From NCBI GenBank assembly GCA_963797095.1, contig CAWCNY010000006.1:896001-960000 (forward strand): DNA of 64,000 bases, written 5' to 3'. Positions within the stretch are counted from its first letter, which is position 1. Every line of letters starts with the position of its first letter. Of this stretch, positions 26,705 to 36,222 are shown piece after piece. The position numbers and the translations under genes are program-made. Origin of the DNA: an uncultured Chloroflexia bacterium (lineage in GTDB: Bacteria > Chloroflexota > Chloroflexia > QHBQ01 > JADMIH01). The notes beneath the pieces are model-generated. The model was not told the DNA's origin. It ran no database searches and saw nothing but the letters and a program-made list of their open reading frames with translations.

Positions 26705-29227
26705 TTAGCTGGAGATGCCGGGGCGGTCTTTGGCGTAGGCAACGGCGTCTGCGAGAGGCATGGCGTGCCCCACAGTCCAGGCCGCATTGAACTCAGGCTC
26801 GCTCAACGCTTCTTTGAGGGTTGATATGTCGTTGGCTATTTCGACTCGATTGGGTTCATCTATTGTAATGCCCGCGGACTGGCGGAGAGCATCTGCTACG
26901 GCAAAGAGCCGGGTGGCTTTGGCCGGGTTTCCCTGCTTGACGTCTATCCTGGCGATTTCCTCAAATGTATAGGCGATCATGGCGGTTGTACCCATCTCCA
27001 CAAACTCTGTGAGGCATCTGCCAAAGCGAGAGGCCGCGATCACGTATTCGCCCAACTCGTAGGCTGCTTTTCCGGCCAGGCCGTTGGAGAAGGTCACTAT
27101 CTCTTTGCTACCGACCTCGGCGTTCATGGCCGCACACTCGTCGGCGTATGCAATCGCGCGCCTGTACTCGCCCTTTCTGAGGGCTACCATGCCCAGGTTT
27201 TGCAGGATAACCGATATCTCAAAGGGAGCGCCAAGCTTGCGCCGGATGGCCAGCGCTTCTTCGTACAAGATAAGTGCCTGGTCGTGATCCTGCCTGCGTG
27301 ACAGGACAGAGGCCCGAATCGCCAGGCTCTTTGCCACGTCGAGTTGGTCGTCTAGCTCCCTGAAAACCGGCTCACACTCAAGGGCGCATTCCAGGGCGCG
27401 GTCATAATCGCCCATCAACAGGAAAACTCCCCCCAGACTGAGGAAGGCATTTGCAAGGAGGGGCCGGTCGCCCAACTCTCTGCTGAGGCTGATAGCCTCG
27501 GAAAGATAGTGCTCGGCCTCTGTGCGCAAACCTTGCCTGTTGGAAATCACACCTGCCGCAATCAGCGCCTCGATCCTTGCGTCCGGAGCGGCGTTCTTGC
27601 CCTGAGAGAGTGCCTGTTCAGTCCATCTAACTCCTTCCTGGCGATAGCCCCGGTTGAGCCAGAACTTCCTCATCACGCCCACCAATCGCAGCGCGATCTC
27701 GGTCTGGTTGTTCTTGAGGGTCCAATCGAGGGTGGTTCGGATGTCGCCATATACCGCTTCGATGCGATCAAGCCACAACTTTTGGGTTGGGCCTCTCATC
27801 TCCTGGTTGCCGGTGAGGGCTATGCCAAGGAAGTAGCGTGCGTGATTCAGGGCGATTTGATAGGTTTCTCCTGCCGTCTCTAGCTGCCTCAGGGCATACT
27901 CACGCACAGGAATCAACATCCCAAAGTGCGGCTCCGTATCTGGGCTCCGGCTTGTGACCTCCGGGGCATGGGACCGTTCGTACAGGTGCAGGAGGCTCTG
28001 GTCGAGGACCGCTTCCAGGTCTTCAAGGGTGGCCTCTGCCACCTTCTCGGCGGCGTCCAGGGTGAATGGCCCGGCGAAGATGCCCAGGCGACGGAATAAT
28101 TGTTGTTCATTGGCGCTCAGGAGCCTGTAGCTTGACTCCAGGGAGTCGAGCAAAGCTCTCTGCTGGACGGGTGCATCTCGCGGGCCACCTGTGAGCACGT
28201 TAAAGGGTTGTTCGAGCCGAGCGAGGAGGGTCGAGAGCGACAAGAGGCGGGTCCTGGCTGCTGCCAATTCGATGGCCAGGGGCAGACCTTCCAGGCGAGC
28301 ACAGATCGCGGCCACAATGGGAGCATTGTCGGGGGTTAGCTCGAAATTATCCTTGACATCGCGCCCTCGCTCGACGAAAAGGGCTACCGAGCCGATATGC
28401 GCCAGTTCCTCAAGCGGAGGCAGGTGTTCTGGATCGGGCACTTCCAGGGGCGGCACTTCTACCAATTTCTCGCCGCGCACATGCAGGGGCGAGCGGCTGG
28501 TCACGAGCACTTTCAATTGGTGCGCAACCGCCAGCAGGTCGGTGAGCAAGGGTGCAGCCCGCACTACCTGCTCGAAGTTATCCAGGATCAGGAGCATCTG
28601 CTTGTCTCGCAAGGCGATTTGCAGGCTTTCCAGCACCGGACGCCCAGGCGCTTCGCTCACACCTAATCGTTCGGCAATCGTGGGAGCCACAAGCGCGGGA
28701 TCGGCTATGGGACCGAGGGGCACATAAAGCAGCCCATCCTTGAAGTCGGCTTGCAACGCGGATGCCAATGCGTTGCTCAGGCTCGTTTTGCCCACACCGG
28801 GAGGTCCAAGCAGGGTAAGGAGGCGGGTGGTCGAGCGCCAGAGGAGGTTCTTCATGTGGGCGAGGTCCTGCTCGCGGCCAATCAGGGGCGTGGGCAGGAT
28901 CGGGAGGGTAGGTGCGGTGCCCGGCGCAGTAGCCGGTTGCGGAGTCGTGGCGGCAGCAGTCGTGGGGGGTTCACCAGTGGCCGGTGGGGATGCTCCGGAG
29001 ACGATACCACGCGCCCACAGCACAAAGGTCTCGCGCTCGCCGGGGTCAACACGAAGGAAGTCGGCCAGGATTTCCGCTATCTGACGGGACGGCCTGCGAT
29101 TCCCTGCTTCGATCTTGCGAATCGTGTCAGGGGAATAGCCTGTCCCCTCGGCGACCGCCTCCTGGGTGAGATCAAGCTCACGACGGCGCTGTTTTAGCCA
29201 TTGCCCAAATGTCGATGCGGAGTCCAT
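26705..29227 (-). CDS. XRE-HTH / NB-ARC-type STAND ATPase / TPR regulator
   Basis: FGQWLKQRRRELDLTQE...IRKIEAG, Walker A GPPGVGKT, Walker B LLILDNFE, GLPLAIELAA and C-terminal TPRs. Confidence 0.9.
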   Translation of the reverse strand: MDSASTFGQWLKQRRRELDLTQEAVAEGTGYSPDTIRKIEAGNRRPSRQIAEILADFLRVDPGERETFVLWARGIVSGASPPATGEPPTTAAATTPQPATAPGTAPTLPILPTPLIGREQDLAHMKNLLWRSTTRLLTLLGPPGVGKTSLSNALASALQADFKDGLLYVPLGPIADPALVAPTIAERLGVSEAPGRPVLESLQIALRDKQMLLILDNFEQVVRAAPLLTDLLAVAHQLKVLVTSRSPLHVRGEKLVEVPPLEVPDPEHLPPLEELAHIGSVALFVERGRDVKDNFELTPDNAPIVAAICARLEGLPLAIELAAARTRLLSLSTLLARLEQPFNVLTGGPRDAPVQQRALLDSLESSYRLLSANEQQLFRRLGIFAGPFTLDAAEKVAEATLEDLEAVLDQSLLHLYERSHAPEVTSRSPDTEPHFGMLIPVREYALRQLETAGETYQIALNHARYFLGIALTGNQEMRGPTQKLWLDRIEAVYGDIRTTLDWTLKNNQTEIALRLVGVMRKFWLNRGYRQEGVRWTEQALSQGKNAAPDARIEALIAAGVISNRQGLRTEAEHYLSEAISLSRELGDRPLLANAFLSLGGVFLLMGDYDRALECALECEPVFRELDDQLDVAKSLAIRASVLSRRQDHDQALILYEEALAIRRKLGAPFEISVILQNLGMVALRKGEYRRAIAYADECAAMNAEVGSKEIVTFSNGLAGKAAYELGEYVIAASRFGRCLTEFVEMGTTAMIAYTFEEIARIDVKQGNPAKATRLFAVADALRQSAGITIDEPNRVEIANDISTLKEALSEPEFNAAWTVGHAMPLADAVAYAKDRPGISS

Positions 29228-29268
29228 GTGATATAATAATCGCTATAGTTGCAAGGAGTCACCCACAT

Positions 29269-29700
29269 TTGTCCACAGGCTATTCTGACGCAGAGTACGC
29301 ACCCTACAGTGTGATCGACGTGCTCAATTACGGCGGGTTTTTCGGCGGCGAGACCGTCACACTGGACGCTCGTCCTTTCGCGAACCCCGACCGTATTATT
29401 AGTTATATCATCCCGGAGCACCTTTTTGACAATCTTACACAGCGTCATCTGATCCAGCCTGGGGTGGCCCTCGGGTTGGTGGTAGATGGTGGGGAGGTGC
29501 GCGCGGCTCGCGTGCTTGGCGCACCCACCCGCGAGCAGTTGAAGGAGCTGGTCAAGCCCCAGCCGCATGAGGAAGGTGGACCTGGCCCTCGCGCCCTGTC
29601 GTATCGCTGCGCGAATTGCGACCTGTGGATTACCGGCATGCCGGACCGTCGTGACGATGGCTCCTATTACTGCCGCCTGTGCGGCACTAAACTAGGCTAA
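29269..29700 (+). CDS. Hypothetical protein with C-terminal Zn finger
   Basis: AAGGAG RBS then in-frame TTG. YRCANCD...YYCRLCG. Ends 9 nt before the M42 gene. Confidence 0.65.
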   Translation: MSTGYSDAEYAPYSVIDVLNYGGFFGGETVTLDARPFANPDRIISYIIPEHLFDNLTQRHLIQPGVALGLVVDGGEVRAARVLGAPTREQLKELVKPQPHEEGGPGPRALSYRCANCDLWITGMPDRRDDGSYYCRLCGTKLG

Positions 29701-29709
29701 GGAGATATC

Positions 29710-30786
29710 ATGGACGATACCCTGCAATTACTGAAAGACCTGACGGACGCGCCCGGTGTACCGGGGCAAGAAGGACCGGTGCGCGAGGTGATGGAGCGCT
29801 ATCTGGCTCCTCACGGCGAGCTTATGTACGACAACCTTGGCTCTGTCGTGGGTATGAGACGCGGCAAAGGCGCGGGCGACAACGCACCCAAGGTGCTCAT
29901 AGCGGGCCACATGGACGAAGTGGGATTCATGGTCACCATGATAGATGACAATGGATTCATCAAGTTCCAGACGCTGGGGGGCTGGTGGGAGCAGGTGATG
30001 CTTGCCCAGCGCGTGCTGGTGCGCACCCGCAAGGGCGACCTGATCGGGGTGTTCGGCTCTAAACCTCCCCACATTCTCCCGGCTGACGAGCGCAAGAAGC
30101 CTGTCGAAAAGAGCGACATGTTCATCGACATCGGAGTGATGAGCAAAGAGGAAGCAATCGAAGCGGGTGTGCGCCCCGGCGACCCGATCATACCGATCTG
30201 CCCGTTCGCACAGATGGCGAACCCCAAGATGATGCTTGCTAAAGCGTGGGACAACCGCTTTGGGTGCGCCCTGGCGGTAGAGGCTTTCCGCGAGATAGGT
30301 AATGACCATCCCAACATTATCTACGCGGGTGCGACCGTTCAGGAAGAGGTAGGGCTGCGAGGCGCGGCAACACTCGCCAATATGACCAAGCCCGATATCG
30401 CGATCTCGCTCGACGTGGGGATCGCAGGCGATACGCCCGGCATCAAGAAGCATGAGGCGCAGAGCAAGATGGGCGATGGGCCGATCATCCTGATCTATGA
30501 TGGCTCGCTGATCCCGCATCTTAAGCTGCGTAATCTGTTCATCGACGTGGCCGAAGACGAGAAGATACCATACCAGTTCGACTCGGTGGCCGCGGGTGGC
30601 ACCGATGGTGGGCGCTTCCAGTTAGCCTGGGAGGGCGCTCCGTCGATCAACATCGGTGTGCCTACGCGCTACATACACTCGGCAACCTCGATGATGAACC
30701 TGGACGACTTCAACAACGCCACCCGCCTGCTGGTCGCGGTCCTGAAACGCCTGGACGCGAAGACGGTTGCGGAGTTGAAAAGATAG
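29710..30786 (+). CDS. M42 family metallo-aminopeptidase
   Basis: IAGHMDEVG, KAWDNR, TVQEEVGLRGA, GGTDGG, PTRYIHS. Confidence 0.95.
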   Translation: MDDTLQLLKDLTDAPGVPGQEGPVREVMERYLAPHGELMYDNLGSVVGMRRGKGAGDNAPKVLIAGHMDEVGFMVTMIDDNGFIKFQTLGGWWEQVMLAQRVLVRTRKGDLIGVFGSKPPHILPADERKKPVEKSDMFIDIGVMSKEEAIEAGVRPGDPIIPICPFAQMANPKMMLAKAWDNRFGCALAVEAFREIGNDHPNIIYAGATVQEEVGLRGAATLANMTKPDIAISLDVGIAGDTPGIKKHEAQSKMGDGPIILIYDGSLIPHLKLRNLFIDVAEDEKIPYQFDSVAAGGTDGGRFQLAWEGAPSINIGVPTRYIHSATSMMNLDDFNNATRLLVAVLKRLDAKTVAELKR

Positions 30787-30787
30787 G

Positions 30788-30889
30788 ACGTGATACGTGA
30801 TACGTGAACTACTGCGTACTTCGTATTGCGTAATTACTTGTCACTCGTCACTCGTAATCACGTATCACGTATCACGTATCACGTATCAC
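30788..30889. repeat. Inverted heptamer arrays (CGTGATA)n ... (TATCACG)n
   Basis: ACGTGATACGTGATACGTGA at 30788-30807 and TCACGTA x4 at 30858-30889. Confidence 0.85.
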
Positions 30890-30906
30890 CCACAGGAGAC
30901 ACAACA

Positions 30907-32103
30907 ATGAAGTTGAGACTCGCGGAACGGATGTATCGCCTGGGCACAGAGACCGCCTTCGAGGTGGCTGCGCGGGCGCGGGCATTGGAGGCTCAGGGCA
31001 AGCCGATCATCCACCTGGAGATCGGAGAGCCTGACTTTGACACGCCTACGCACGTGCGCAAGGCCGCAGCCGAGGCGCTCGACGAGGGCTATACCCACTA
31101 CACCGGTTCAACAGGCATACCGGAATTGCGCAAGGCGATTGCTGAATATGCAGGCAAGAATCGCGGGCTTGAGTTCGACCCAGAAAACGTGGTTGTCACT
31201 CCCGGCGCGAAGCCGATCATGTTCTACACGATTATGGCCCTGATCGAGCCGGGTGATGAAGTGATCTATCCCAACCCCGGCTTCCCGATCTACGAGTCGA
31301 TGATCAACTTCCTGGGGGGGGTGGCTATTCCCCTCCAACTGAGCGAGCGACGAGACTTTCGCGTCAACCTGGAGGAGCTTGAGGCCAAGATTTCTTCCAA
31401 GACGCGCATGATTATTATCAACTCGCCGCACAACCCCACAGGTGGGGTGCTTACTTACGACGATCTGGAGCAGATCGCCCGCCTCGCGGTCAAGCACGAC
31501 CTGGTTGTGCTGGCCGATGAGATCTACAGCGAGATTCTTTATGAAGGGAAGCATCACACAATACTGAGCTTTCCCGGCATGATGGGCCGCACGATCCTGC
31601 TGGACGGCTTCTCCAAGACATTCGCCATGACAGGTTGGAGATTGGGTTACGGCATATTCCCAGGGGAGTTGATCCCGCATATCGGACGCTTGATTGTCAA
31701 TAGCGTGTCATGTACTTCGACCTTCAGCCAGCGTGCCGCGATCCATGCGCTCACAGGCCCGCGCAAAGAGATTGATGCCATGCTTGATGCGTTTACCCGC
31801 AGGCGCGAGCTGATCTACAAGGGCATCAACGAGATACCGGGCCTGCGGTGCAACAAGCCGGAAGGGGCATTCTACTCCTTCCCCAATATCACCGACACCG
31901 GCCTTACTTCACGGGAGTACGCAGACTATCTCTTGAGTGAGGCGGACGTGGCGGTGCTACCTGGCACTTCGTTCGGTGAGTTCGGCGAAGGGTATATCCG
32001 TATCTCGTTCGCCAATTCCGAGGCCAACCTTGCGGAAGCGTTGAAGCGCATCCGCAAAGTCAACGAGAAGCTGCCAGCCGTAGCCGCCGAAGCACACGCT
32101 TAG
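30907..32103 (+). CDS. Class I/II PLP aminotransferase (aspartate aminotransferase-like)
   Basis: IGEPDFDTP, NSPHNPTG, DEIY, GFSKTFAMTGWRLGY. AGGAG RBS before ATG 30907. Confidence 0.93.
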   Translation: MKLRLAERMYRLGTETAFEVAARARALEAQGKPIIHLEIGEPDFDTPTHVRKAAAEALDEGYTHYTGSTGIPELRKAIAEYAGKNRGLEFDPENVVVTPGAKPIMFYTIMALIEPGDEVIYPNPGFPIYESMINFLGGVAIPLQLSERRDFRVNLEELEAKISSKTRMIIINSPHNPTGGVLTYDDLEQIARLAVKHDLVVLADEIYSEILYEGKHHTILSFPGMMGRTILLDGFSKTFAMTGWRLGYGIFPGELIPHIGRLIVNSVSCTSTFSQRAAIHALTGPRKEIDAMLDAFTRRRELIYKGINEIPGLRCNKPEGAFYSFPNITDTGLTSREYADYLLSEADVAVLPGTSFGEFGEGYIRISFANSEANLAEALKRIRKVNEKLPAVAAEAHA

Positions 32104-32148
32104 AGTAGTGCGGAGTTTGAAGTGCGGAATGCGGAATCGTTGAAATGA

Positions 32149-33852
32149 GTGGCAATGGCTGATGCTCATTCCTCTCGTTATTCCGCATTCCGCACTCCTT
32201 ATGTCGCGCTTTTTGTTTTCGCTATAGTCTGCGCGCTGGCTGTGTGCGCTGCTTCATTGCGGCATACGGGTTCGCTGGCCTTCCCCATAGACGACGGCTA
32301 TATCTACAGCAATTACGTCCTATCCGCCTCACAGGGCCAGCTATTCACCTACAATCCAGGCGAAACCAGCGGCGGTATCACGGGCTTTGGCTGGTATGCG
32401 CTATGCGTTGTCGCCTACTGGTTATTATCGCCCCTACACGGCTTGCTGGGCGGTCTCGCGCCACTGCAGGTACAGAATGTCGGTCAGGACCTGGCGCAAC
32501 AGGCGGGACACCTTTATCTGGCGGCTTATCTGCCTGGGGTGCTCTGTCTTGCTCTTTCGGCTGTGGGTGTGTACCGTCTTGCTCACCTTGCTTTGCCTCG
32601 GTCTGATCGCAACAGCAAGGCGCGAGACCTTTTCTGCATTTTGCTTGGAGGTGTGGCCGCTGCCGATCTGGGGTTGGTGTGGGGTGCGCTTTCGGGTCTT
32701 GAGGTAGCCCTCTCCTCGGCGCTGGCTGTGTGGGGGGTGGTGTTGCTCCTGGACGACTTGCGGCGCGGCTCGCTGCGCTGGTCGCTGCTCCTAGCTGCGC
32801 TCCTACCCTGGGCCCGCCCCGACCTGCTCGCCTTTTCGGGTGCGTGTGCTGTCTGGCTGATTGTGCGAGCGATCGCGAGCGGGCGCGCCGAGCGTGCTCT
32901 TGCCTGGCGAAATGCGTTGGCATTCTTCGGCGCAATCGTAGTTGGATTCGTTACCTGGAGCCTGATCTATCTTTTCGGATGGGGCAGGCCCTTTCCAAGC
33001 TCGTTTTATGCGAAGGTGGGCGGTCTGCGTCTCGGCTCCAAGATGCTGTCGGCGGTCGAGGAGATCGTCCTGGCGGGGCGCGTGCTGCCTTTCGTGGCAG
33101 CAGGTCTTGCAGTGCTGGGCGGCCTTGCAGGGATGTTGCCCTCGCGCAACTCGAAGATCGCAGATGAATCGGAAGCGTCGAAGCTTTCGACGCCACATGA
33201 GGAGCGTTGGGCGGCGCTCTTGTTGCTCATGGCTGTTGTGTTTTACGTGGTTGCGCTGCTCCTTACCATTCCCTGGTTCGGCCAGGAGGACCGCTATCTG
33301 CTGCCAATTCACCCCTTTGCGATTGTGCTCATTGGCCTGCCGGTGTGGCGCGTTGTGGCTCTGCTGCCATTGGATCGTGCGCTTGTTGCACCCATCGCCC
33401 GGCCCGCCGTGATACTGTTGGCGTTCCTTGTGCTGGCGGGGGGCGATTACCTGTGGGCGACGCGCGATTACGCGGTCGAGGTGCGGAACATCCGTGATGC
33501 CCATATTCTGCCTGCCCTCTGGATAGCAGCCAACACCCCGCCCAACAGTGTAATTGCGTCCGAGCCGATAGGCGCGGTCAGGCTCTTCTCAGGGCGGCGC
33601 ACGGTTGACCTGGTAGGCTTGACCACGCCGGTTACGCTTGGCACCTATCGTGATTGGCCCCACGCCTGGCCTGCGCTACGCTCGGCAGGCGCGACCTATT
33701 TATTCTTCTATCCCGATTGGTTTGCCGGAGGCGATGCGCCTCCCTGGGCTATCGAGCTTCAACGCTTCGATGTGCCTGACAACAGGATCGCAGGCTCAGA
33801 CGTTATTGCTGTATATGGACTCGACTGGTCGCGTTTTGCATCAGCAAGATGA
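32149..33852 (+). CDS. Polytopic membrane protein, GT-C glycosyltransferase-like
   Basis: PIDDGYIY, YNPGE..G.T, SGLE, ARPD, YAK, RYLLP, VDLVGL and many TM helices. Confidence 0.7.
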   Translation: MAMADAHSSRYSAFRTPYVALFVFAIVCALAVCAASLRHTGSLAFPIDDGYIYSNYVLSASQGQLFTYNPGETSGGITGFGWYALCVVAYWLLSPLHGLLGGLAPLQVQNVGQDLAQQAGHLYLAAYLPGVLCLALSAVGVYRLAHLALPRSDRNSKARDLFCILLGGVAAADLGLVWGALSGLEVALSSALAVWGVVLLLDDLRRGSLRWSLLLAALLPWARPDLLAFSGACAVWLIVRAIASGRAERALAWRNALAFFGAIVVGFVTWSLIYLFGWGRPFPSSFYAKVGGLRLGSKMLSAVEEIVLAGRVLPFVAAGLAVLGGLAGMLPSRNSKIADESEASKLSTPHEERWAALLLLMAVVFYVVALLLTIPWFGQEDRYLLPIHPFAIVLIGLPVWRVVALLPLDRALVAPIARPAVILLAFLVLAGGDYLWATRDYAVEVRNIRDAHILPALWIAANTPPNSVIASEPIGAVRLFSGRRTVDLVGLTTPVTLGTYRDWPHAWPALRSAGATYLFFYPDWFAGGDAPPWAIELQRFDVPDNRIAGSDVIAVYGLDWSRFASAR

Positions 33853-33987
33853 CAGCGGCCATTGTGCCCATCCATGACTTCTGTCAGGCCTCTAGGGCCA
33901 ATTTTCCCATTGATTATGCCTGCAACGTGGCTTATAGTCTTAAGGAATATCGTTTCTATCCTTAATTCTTGAACCGCGGAGTTGTAA

Positions 33988-34791
33988 TTGCAAGTTATTT
34001 ACGCAATGTTGGTCTTTCTGATCGGGTTGGTGGTCGGTTTTGTAGTGAACGTTGTGGCTACGCGCCTTGCTGCGCATCGTCCTTTAGTTGGGCCGCTCCA
34101 TTGCACGCGTGCGCCACACCCTATTACTCTGGTGCAGGCGCTGCCCGTGGTTGGGTATGCTTTGCAGGGTGGGCGCTGCTCGTCGTGCGGGAAGCGTATC
34201 AGCCTCTCTTATCCGCTGGTAGAGGCTGCAACCGGTATCCTGTTTGTGGTAGCTTATCTGTTTGATGGGTTTGGTCCTTCCTTCATCTTTCATGTCGTCT
34301 ACGTAGCGTTCTTGATGCTCGTGTTGATCGTGGACTGGAAACACCGCGATATATACCTCACGGTCATCGCGGGTGGAAGCCTGATTGCCGTAGCTGGGAG
34401 CTTCATCCTTCCGGAAGTGACCCCCTTTGGCGCGTTGATTGGTGCGGGTGTAGCCGGGTTGTTCTTCCTGCTGGCGTATGTCGCCGCCAGGCTGATCTTC
34501 CCCAGGATCGAGGAGCCGTTGGGAGTGGGCGATGTATTCCTTGCCCTGATGATGGGGTTGATGCTTGGTTGGCCCAACATAGTAGGTGCGCTCCTGATCG
34601 GCCCGCTTATCGCGGGGGCGGCGGCAATCCTCCTTCTGATTTCACAGCGTAGCAAGCTCGGTGATTTCATGCCTTACGGTGTTGCTTTATGTGTGGCCGC
34701 CATCTTGTTCCTGATCTATCCTACGCCTTTCGCGGATGCTCTGCACCTTCCTGCGCTTTCCTATATCGTCTCCAACCTTTTCAACCCATAA
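33988..34791 (+). CDS. A24 prepilin peptidase
   Basis: LQGGRCSSCGKRISLSYPLVE, catalytic Asp motifs IVDWK and GVGDV, MPYG. Confidence 0.88.
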   Translation: MQVIYAMLVFLIGLVVGFVVNVVATRLAAHRPLVGPLHCTRAPHPITLVQALPVVGYALQGGRCSSCGKRISLSYPLVEAATGILFVVAYLFDGFGPSFIFHVVYVAFLMLVLIVDWKHRDIYLTVIAGGSLIAVAGSFILPEVTPFGALIGAGVAGLFFLLAYVAARLIFPRIEEPLGVGDVFLALMMGLMLGWPNIVGALLIGPLIAGAAAILLLISQRSKLGDFMPYGVALCVAAILFLIYPTPFADALHLPALSYIVSNLFNP

Positions 34792-34971
34792 TAGGCACGC
34801 GAATACGCTATCGAAATGTTGCACTGGCCGATTCCTTGACGCTCATCAGCCGCTATCGTATACTCGTTTTAAGGGGTATGCGAATCATACCCCTTGCCTG
34901 AATTTGAGTTTGAACTCTGCGGCTGATCAGTCCCCGCGCCCCTCGATCTAAAAAGACTGGAAACGAAACTT

Positions 34972-36150
34972 ATGTCGTCACAAACATGCCCAACCTGTGG
35001 GTGGCTCAATCGTGCCAGCAACCGCTTTTGTTCCAATTGCGGCACTGCTCTGGTCCCCAGCACACCTGACGCCGGCGCTGCTGCGTTGGCTACGCAGGCT
35101 ACGCAGGCGCAGCCGGAAGGCGCAGCCACACAAGAGAATGCCGTTGGCACAGATGCCATGCCGGAAGCACCGGGCAATACTTCCGGTGATGCGGCTTCAA
35201 CCTTCGTCCTTCCTCTCTCCCCAGGCACATCAACGGCAGATACTCAGCCTGTTTCATATACGGTGAAGAGGTGGGAGGCAACCCCAACCGAGCCTGAGAC
35301 CCCACGTCCTTTCGTGCCTCCTGCTCCACAATCCGATTCTTCGGCTCCAACCATACCAATAGCCCCACCACCTGTCCCACCCGGCTCTTATCCCTATGGA
35401 TCGGGCGACAGCAACACTGTAGTTTTTGGGCCTGGTTCCGATTCCTCGTCCACCGCCATGCCGCACCGAGGTGAGGGCGGAACCTACGTGCCTTACACGC
35501 CCGACGCTGCTCGTCACCTGGAGGCGGACAAAGGCTCTCGCTCCTGGTTGATCCCGTCTATAGTGGTGGCAGTTCTGCTGTTACTGGTGGTAGGAAGTGT
35601 TGGCGGATTCCTTGTCTTCAACGGCCAACGACCTGCCAGTTCTGCCGGGAATACTCCTGGTGGGGCGCAATCCACTGAGCAAATTGCCTGCTCCGATCTG
35701 ATGTCCAAGCTCGACGCCAACGGGAACGCGGGCGACGATACGACCACATTGCGGGCTATCATCTGCAAGAGCAACGATGAGCAGATCAAAGCCTGGCGTG
35801 ATCTGGATACGGAGATACTCAAGGGCACCCGCACAGGTCAGGCTCTGGAAGAAAACATACAAGCCGTGCAGGACCTGAAAAACAAAGGTATGTACGCAGT
35901 GCCTAACAATAAGAGCATTGAATTCGGTGATGTGCAGGTAAACGGCGACTCAGCCACCGCCAAGACCGTCGAGGTATGGACTGTCACCTTCTACAGCAAG
36001 AGTGATAACAGAGTGGTATTACCGCCGCAAGCTCCCGACACGTTGCGCGAAACCTACCATTTCGTCAAGCAAGACGGTAAGTGGCTGATCACCTCGGTTG
36101 ATATCGTGTCGGACTCGCCGCCACCTACGCCCGGTACAAGCGACACATAG
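34972..36150 (+). CDS. Zinc-ribbon / Pro-rich / TM protein with C-terminal NTF2-like (ARC6 IMS/DUF4101-like) domain
   Basis: CPTCG...FCSNCG, single TM, then TGQALE...GDSATAKTVEVW...ETYHFVKQDGKWLI. Confidence 0.7.
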   Translation: MSSQTCPTCGWLNRASNRFCSNCGTALVPSTPDAGAAALATQATQAQPEGAATQENAVGTDAMPEAPGNTSGDAASTFVLPLSPGTSTADTQPVSYTVKRWEATPTEPETPRPFVPPAPQSDSSAPTIPIAPPPVPPGSYPYGSGDSNTVVFGPGSDSSSTAMPHRGEGGTYVPYTPDAARHLEADKGSRSWLIPSIVVAVLLLLVVGSVGGFLVFNGQRPASSAGNTPGGAQSTEQIACSDLMSKLDANGNAGDDTTTLRAIICKSNDEQIKAWRDLDTEILKGTRTGQALEENIQAVQDLKNKGMYAVPNNKSIEFGDVQVNGDSATAKTVEVWTVTFYSKSDNRVVLPPQAPDTLRETYHFVKQDGKWLITSVDIVSDSPPPTPGTSDT

Positions 36151-36158
36151 TTCACTGA

Positions 36159-36211
36159 ACACCAGGGATGAAAAATGGACGGCCTTGGCGTCCATTTTTC
36201 ATCCCTGGTGT
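36159..36211. terminator. 23-bp perfect hairpin between convergent genes (bidirectional terminator candidate)
   Basis: ACACCAGGGATGAAAAATGGACG-7 nt-CGTCCATTTTTCATCCCTGGTGT. Confidence 0.75.
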
Positions 36212-36222
36212 AGTTTTACGCC

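Noticed and set aside
26705-29227. STAND ATPase as an Avs-type anti-phage system
   Set aside because: The N-terminal domain is an XRE HTH, not a nuclease or other toxic effector. This architecture is a common regulator, and no defence-island context is present.
30788-30889. Heptamer arrays or the MITE hairpins as a CRISPR array
   Set aside because: No repeat-spacer periodicity of 60-75 bp and no cas genes.
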